Source of the DNA: Candidatus Limnocylindrales bacterium
GTDB taxonomy: Bacteria; Chloroflexota; Limnocylindria; Limnocylindrales; CSP1-4
DNA length: 53,909 nt
Direction of reading: 5' to 3'
Assembly (NCBI GenBank): GCA_035701885.1
Contig: DASSRG010000143.1
Coordinates: 1 to 53,909 of the forward strand
The translations under genes and the position numbers were made by a program. Position 1 is the stretch's first letter, and each line of letters begins with the position of its first letter. Below, piece after piece: positions 51,508 to 53,909 of this stretch. The notes beneath the pieces were generated by a model. That model ran no database searches, was not told the DNA's origin, and worked only from the letters and a program-made list of their open reading frames with translations.

Positions 51508-52787
51508 GCACCGGGCTGGACGCCGCCGTCGCGGCCTGGGACGCCCGCCGGTCGGACATCCTCCCCGTCCTCGAGGCGCGGCGCGCGGACCTGCCGTTGC
51601 GGTACTGGCGTCAGGCCGCGCACTACACGACGCCGGCGGCCGACGCGACGATGGCGCGCAAGGCCGTCGAGGGCGGGACCGCGCCGGTCGGCCGAATCCT
51701 CGACAAGTTCGGCGTGACGCCGGGCGTGCTCGCCGAACGGCTCGGGACGGAGGTGGGCGCCGTGGAGGCCCTGCTCGCCCGCCCCGCCCGGGCGCCGCTC
51801 GTGATGCTCGACGGGGAGGACGCGCAGGCACTCCGCGACGACGTGACGGAGGCGGGACTGCGCGAAGCCGCCGCGACGCTGGTGGAGGCCGACTGGGCCG
51901 GCGACGGCGCACCGAGCCTGCGCACGTTCCGCCCACCGGGGATCGCGCTCGGGTCCACGGCTCGCGACCTCGCAGCCGTCCTCGGCGCGCTCGCCGAACG
52001 CGCCGCCGCAGACCGCCTGGACGCGGTGATCTATCCCAAGGTGGAGCATCCCGAGGAGATCGAGGCGCTGTACTCGTTCCTCGACGACGCCGAAGCGGCG
52101 CTCGGGCTCGCAGCCCGTTCGATCCGCGTCGGCTTCCTCGTCGAGAGTGGCTGGGCGGCCGCGCGCCTGCCCGAGATCGCGCTCGCCGCGATGCCGCGCC
52201 TGTGCTCGATCATCTACGGCCTCGCGGACTACTCCGCGGACCTCGGGCTGCCGCAGATCGCGGACGACGCGCCGCTGGCGCAGTGGGTCCGCGGAGAGAT
52301 CGTCAACGTCGCGGGCGCCGCGGGCGTCCCGGCCATCGACGGGATGACGCTCGCATACCCCGTCGCCGACTCCTCGCTGGACGCGGCGGCAAACCGGGAG
52401 CGCTTCCTCGACCGGATGGCGCTGGTCCACGCTGACGCCGTGCGCGCCCGCGACATGGGCATGCTCGGCAAGTGGGTGGGCCACCCGGCCCAGCTGTTCG
52501 CGGTCCTGCTGGCGTTCGAGGCGGGCCTGGACCCCGCCGCGCTCGACGAGGAGGCGGCGAAGCTCGAGGCCTACCGGGCGTCGGTCGAGGACGAGGCGCG
52601 CGGGGCCACGATCATCGGCGGCGTGATGAGCGACCGGGCGACCGACCGGCACGCGCGTGTCCTGCTCCGGCGGGCGGTCGCGCTCGGGCGGTTCGAGCCC
52701 CGACGCGCGCACGCGCTGCGCGTGCTCGAGGACGCGGAGCTGGCGGAGGCCGAGGCGATCTGGGCGGTGACGGGAGGACGGGCATGA
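51504..52787 (+). CDS. HpcH/HpaI aldolase / citrate lyase beta (CitE)-like C-C lyase, long form
   Basis: ATGA overlap with the upstream stop. Motifs LVMLDGEDAQ, IYPKVEHPEE, FLVESGWA and YGLADYSADLG follow the CitE/malyl-CoA-lyase order. It carries a ~95-aa N-terminal extension and totals 427 aa. Confidence 0.5.
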   Translation: MSTGLDAAVAAWDARRSDILPVLEARRADLPLRYWRQAAHYTTPAADATMARKAVEGGTAPVGRILDKFGVTPGVLAERLGTEVGAVEALLARPARAPLVMLDGEDAQALRDDVTEAGLREAAATLVEADWAGDGAPSLRTFRPPGIALGSTARDLAAVLGALAERAAADRLDAVIYPKVEHPEEIEALYSFLDDAEAALGLAARSIRVGFLVESGWAAARLPEIALAAMPRLCSIIYGLADYSADLGLPQIADDAPLAQWVRGEIVNVAGAAGVPAIDGMTLAYPVADSSLDAAANRERFLDRMALVHADAVRARDMGMLGKWVGHPAQLFAVLLAFEAGLDPAALDEEAAKLEAYRASVEDEARGATIIGGVMSDRATDRHARVLLRRAVALGRFEPRRAHALRVLEDAELAEAEAIWAVTGGRA

Positions 52788-53317
52788 GCACCCACCGGAG
52801 CGACGGCGCGAACAAGGGCGAGGCCACCGAGCGACGCGTGGTCGAGGGTTGGGACGGGCGCTACTTCGACGACTTCCGGGTCGGCGACGTCTACCGCCAT
52901 CCGAACGGCCGCACCGTGACCGAGACCGACAACACGTGGTTCAGCCTGTTGACCAACAACCCGCATCCGGTCCACTCGAACGCCGACTACGCGTCGCGCA
53001 CGGAGTTCGGACGGCCGCTCGTGGTGTCCACGCTCACCCTTGCGATCGTCACCGGCCTGTCGGTCGACGACGTGTCGCGGAACGCGGTGGCCAACCTCGG
53101 CTGGGACGAGGTGCGGCTGCCCGCGCCGGTGTTCGCGGGCGACACGCTGTACGCGGAGTCGGAGGTCCTCGAGACGCGGCCCTCGCGGAGCAGGCCCGGC
53201 CAGGGCCTCGTGCGCGTCCGGACCCGTGGCTACAACCAGCGGGGCGAAACGGTCATCACGTACGAGCGGACGATCCTCGTCTACACGCGGGCGGGCCGCC
53301 CGGGCGCGGACGACTGA
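52784..53317 (+). CDS. MaoC-like (R)-specific enoyl-CoA hydratase (hot-dog fold)
   Basis: ATG 52784 (ATGA overlap) inside ORF 52472..53317. Motifs RYFDDFRVGDVY, RTVTETDNTWFSLLTNNPHPVHSN and PVFAGDTLYAESEV. Confidence 0.75.
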   Translation: MSTHRSDGANKGEATERRVVEGWDGRYFDDFRVGDVYRHPNGRTVTETDNTWFSLLTNNPHPVHSNADYASRTEFGRPLVVSTLTLAIVTGLSVDDVSRNAVANLGWDEVRLPAPVFAGDTLYAESEVLETRPSRSRPGQGLVRVRTRGYNQRGETVITYERTILVYTRAGRPGADD

Positions 53318-53326
53318 CGGACAGGC

Positions 53327-53680
53327 TTACGCCTCCTCGTTGAGCTCCAGCGGGCCCTCGGGCACCTCGATCGTCACCCGCCCGTCGATGATCTCGACCG
53401 GGTAGACGGCGAGCGGCAGCTCCGCGGGCGGGTCCAGCGGCTCCCCGTCGGACAGGTCGAACCGGGACATGTGGAGCGGGCAGGTCAGCGTGCCGGCGGT
53501 GAGGAACCCGCGGTCCAGCTCGTAGTACTCGTGGGAGCACGTGCCCTGGAGCGCGCTGAACTCGCCGTTGTTGTGGATGACGAGGACCGGGTCCGACTGG
53601 TCGACCCAGACCATCCGCATCTCGCCCTCGGCAAGCTCGTCCACGCCGAGCAGGTCGATGCGGCGGGTGGTCACGGGCAC
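53327..53680 (-). CDS. Rieske [2Fe-2S] domain ferredoxin-like protein
   Basis: GTG 53680 inside ORF 53327..53806, about 117 aa. Rieske ligands C-x-H (GTCSHEY) and C-x2-H (CPLHMSRF). Confidence 0.75.
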   Translation of the reverse strand: MPVTTRRIDLLGVDELAEGEMRMVWVDQSDPVLVIHNNGEFSALQGTCSHEYYELDRGFLTAGTLTCPLHMSRFDLSDGEPLDPPAELPLAVYPVEIIDGRVTIEVPEGPLELNEEA

Positions 53681-53751
53681 GACCCGGGACGCCGGCGCGA
53701 AGCCGGCGGCGGGACCAGGAGCGACGTCGGGGGTCGTGGGCGCACGAGACG

Positions 53752-53909
53752 TCAGGCGGCCGCCGACCCGTCGCCGGCCGATCCCTCGCCCAGGCCGGCC
53801 TCCCACTTCGCCTCGAGCGCCTCGCGCAGCCGGTCCTGCGCGTCCTCGAGCGGGACGCGGGCGACGACCGGCTCGAGGAACCCGAGCACGATGAACTTGC
53901 GCGCCTCGA
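53752..53909 (-). CDS. unidentified protein, C-terminal fragment; 5' end outside window
   Basis: Not in the ORF track because it has no start in the window. Reverse frame reads ..EARKFIVLGFLEPVVARVPLEDAQDRLREALEAKWEAGLGEGSAGDGSAAA* with consistent GC3 codon bias. Stop codon at 53752..53754. Confidence 0.5.
   Translation of the reverse strand, partial: EARKFIVLGFLEPVVARVPLEDAQDRLREALEAKWEAGLGEGSAGDGSAAA

Noticed and set aside
53327-53680. Rieske ferredoxin as the missing redox partner of the P450 at 22793..24073
   Set aside because: It is about 30 kb away and in a different transcriptional context. Bacterial P450s typically use plant/adrenodoxin-type [2Fe-2S] or 3Fe-4S/4Fe-4S ferredoxins rather than Rieske proteins. 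It cannot be excluded experimentally, but the sequence gives no support.
1-53909. Possibility that the region is a mobile genomic island, prophage or defence island
   Set aside because: I saw no integrase, transposase, recombinase, tRNA attachment site, terminal inverted or direct repeats, toxin-antitoxin pair, restriction-modification genes or other defence-type genes. Base composition and codon bias look uniform throughout. A formal GC/k-mer skew calculation was not run.

Overview
This is a very GC-rich bacterial chromosomal segment. Third codon positions are almost all G/C and GTG starts are common. It looks like a high-GC Gram-positive (Actinomycetota-like) genome, because all five sugar-binding proteins carry lipoprotein signal peptides with a ..VAAC/..AAAC lipobox. 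I support 54 tightly packed protein-coding genes, two of them cut by the window edges, with at least 12 four-nucleotide start/stop overlaps. I recognised no rRNA, tRNA, CRISPR array, transposase, integrase or phage gene. About 49 kb is a carbohydrate uptake and oxidative (non-phosphorylative-type) sugar or sugar-acid catabolism region. It holds four CUT2-type ABC transporters (one with two binding proteins), three LacI-family repressors, seven SDRs, three paralogous Gfo/Idh/MocA oxidoreductases and two paralogous enolase-superfamily dehydratases. It also holds an aldo/keto reductase, a Zn-ADH, one single and one tandem-fused rhamnose-mutarotase-like protein, an Amidohydrolase_2 lactonase-like protein, a xylose-isomerase-like TIM barrel, two tandem DMT/EamA membrane proteins and a cytochrome P450 coupled to a sugar-isomerase-like gene. 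The last ~5 kb is a different, tightly coupled operon: stand-alone lipoyl domain, E2 acyltransferase catalytic domain, ceramidase-like hydrolase, long CitE-like lyase and MaoC hydratase. The best candidates for undescribed biology are listed here. (1) Two paralogues of a ~372-aa Cys-rich protein (DPCGSG, C-x2-C-x2-C, KCQW) that I cannot place in any family; one sits inside an ABC-transporter operon and is translationally coupled to an SDR. (2) An orphan 650-aa protein at the end of a Gfo-VOC-SDR operon. (3) The tandem-RhaM / isomerase-like / P450 operon. (4) The split E2 operon, which has no E1 or E3. (5) A recurring CTGGAAAC/GAAACG operator-like motif that links most promoters in the window. 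All functional calls rest on motif recognition from memory. No database search was run.
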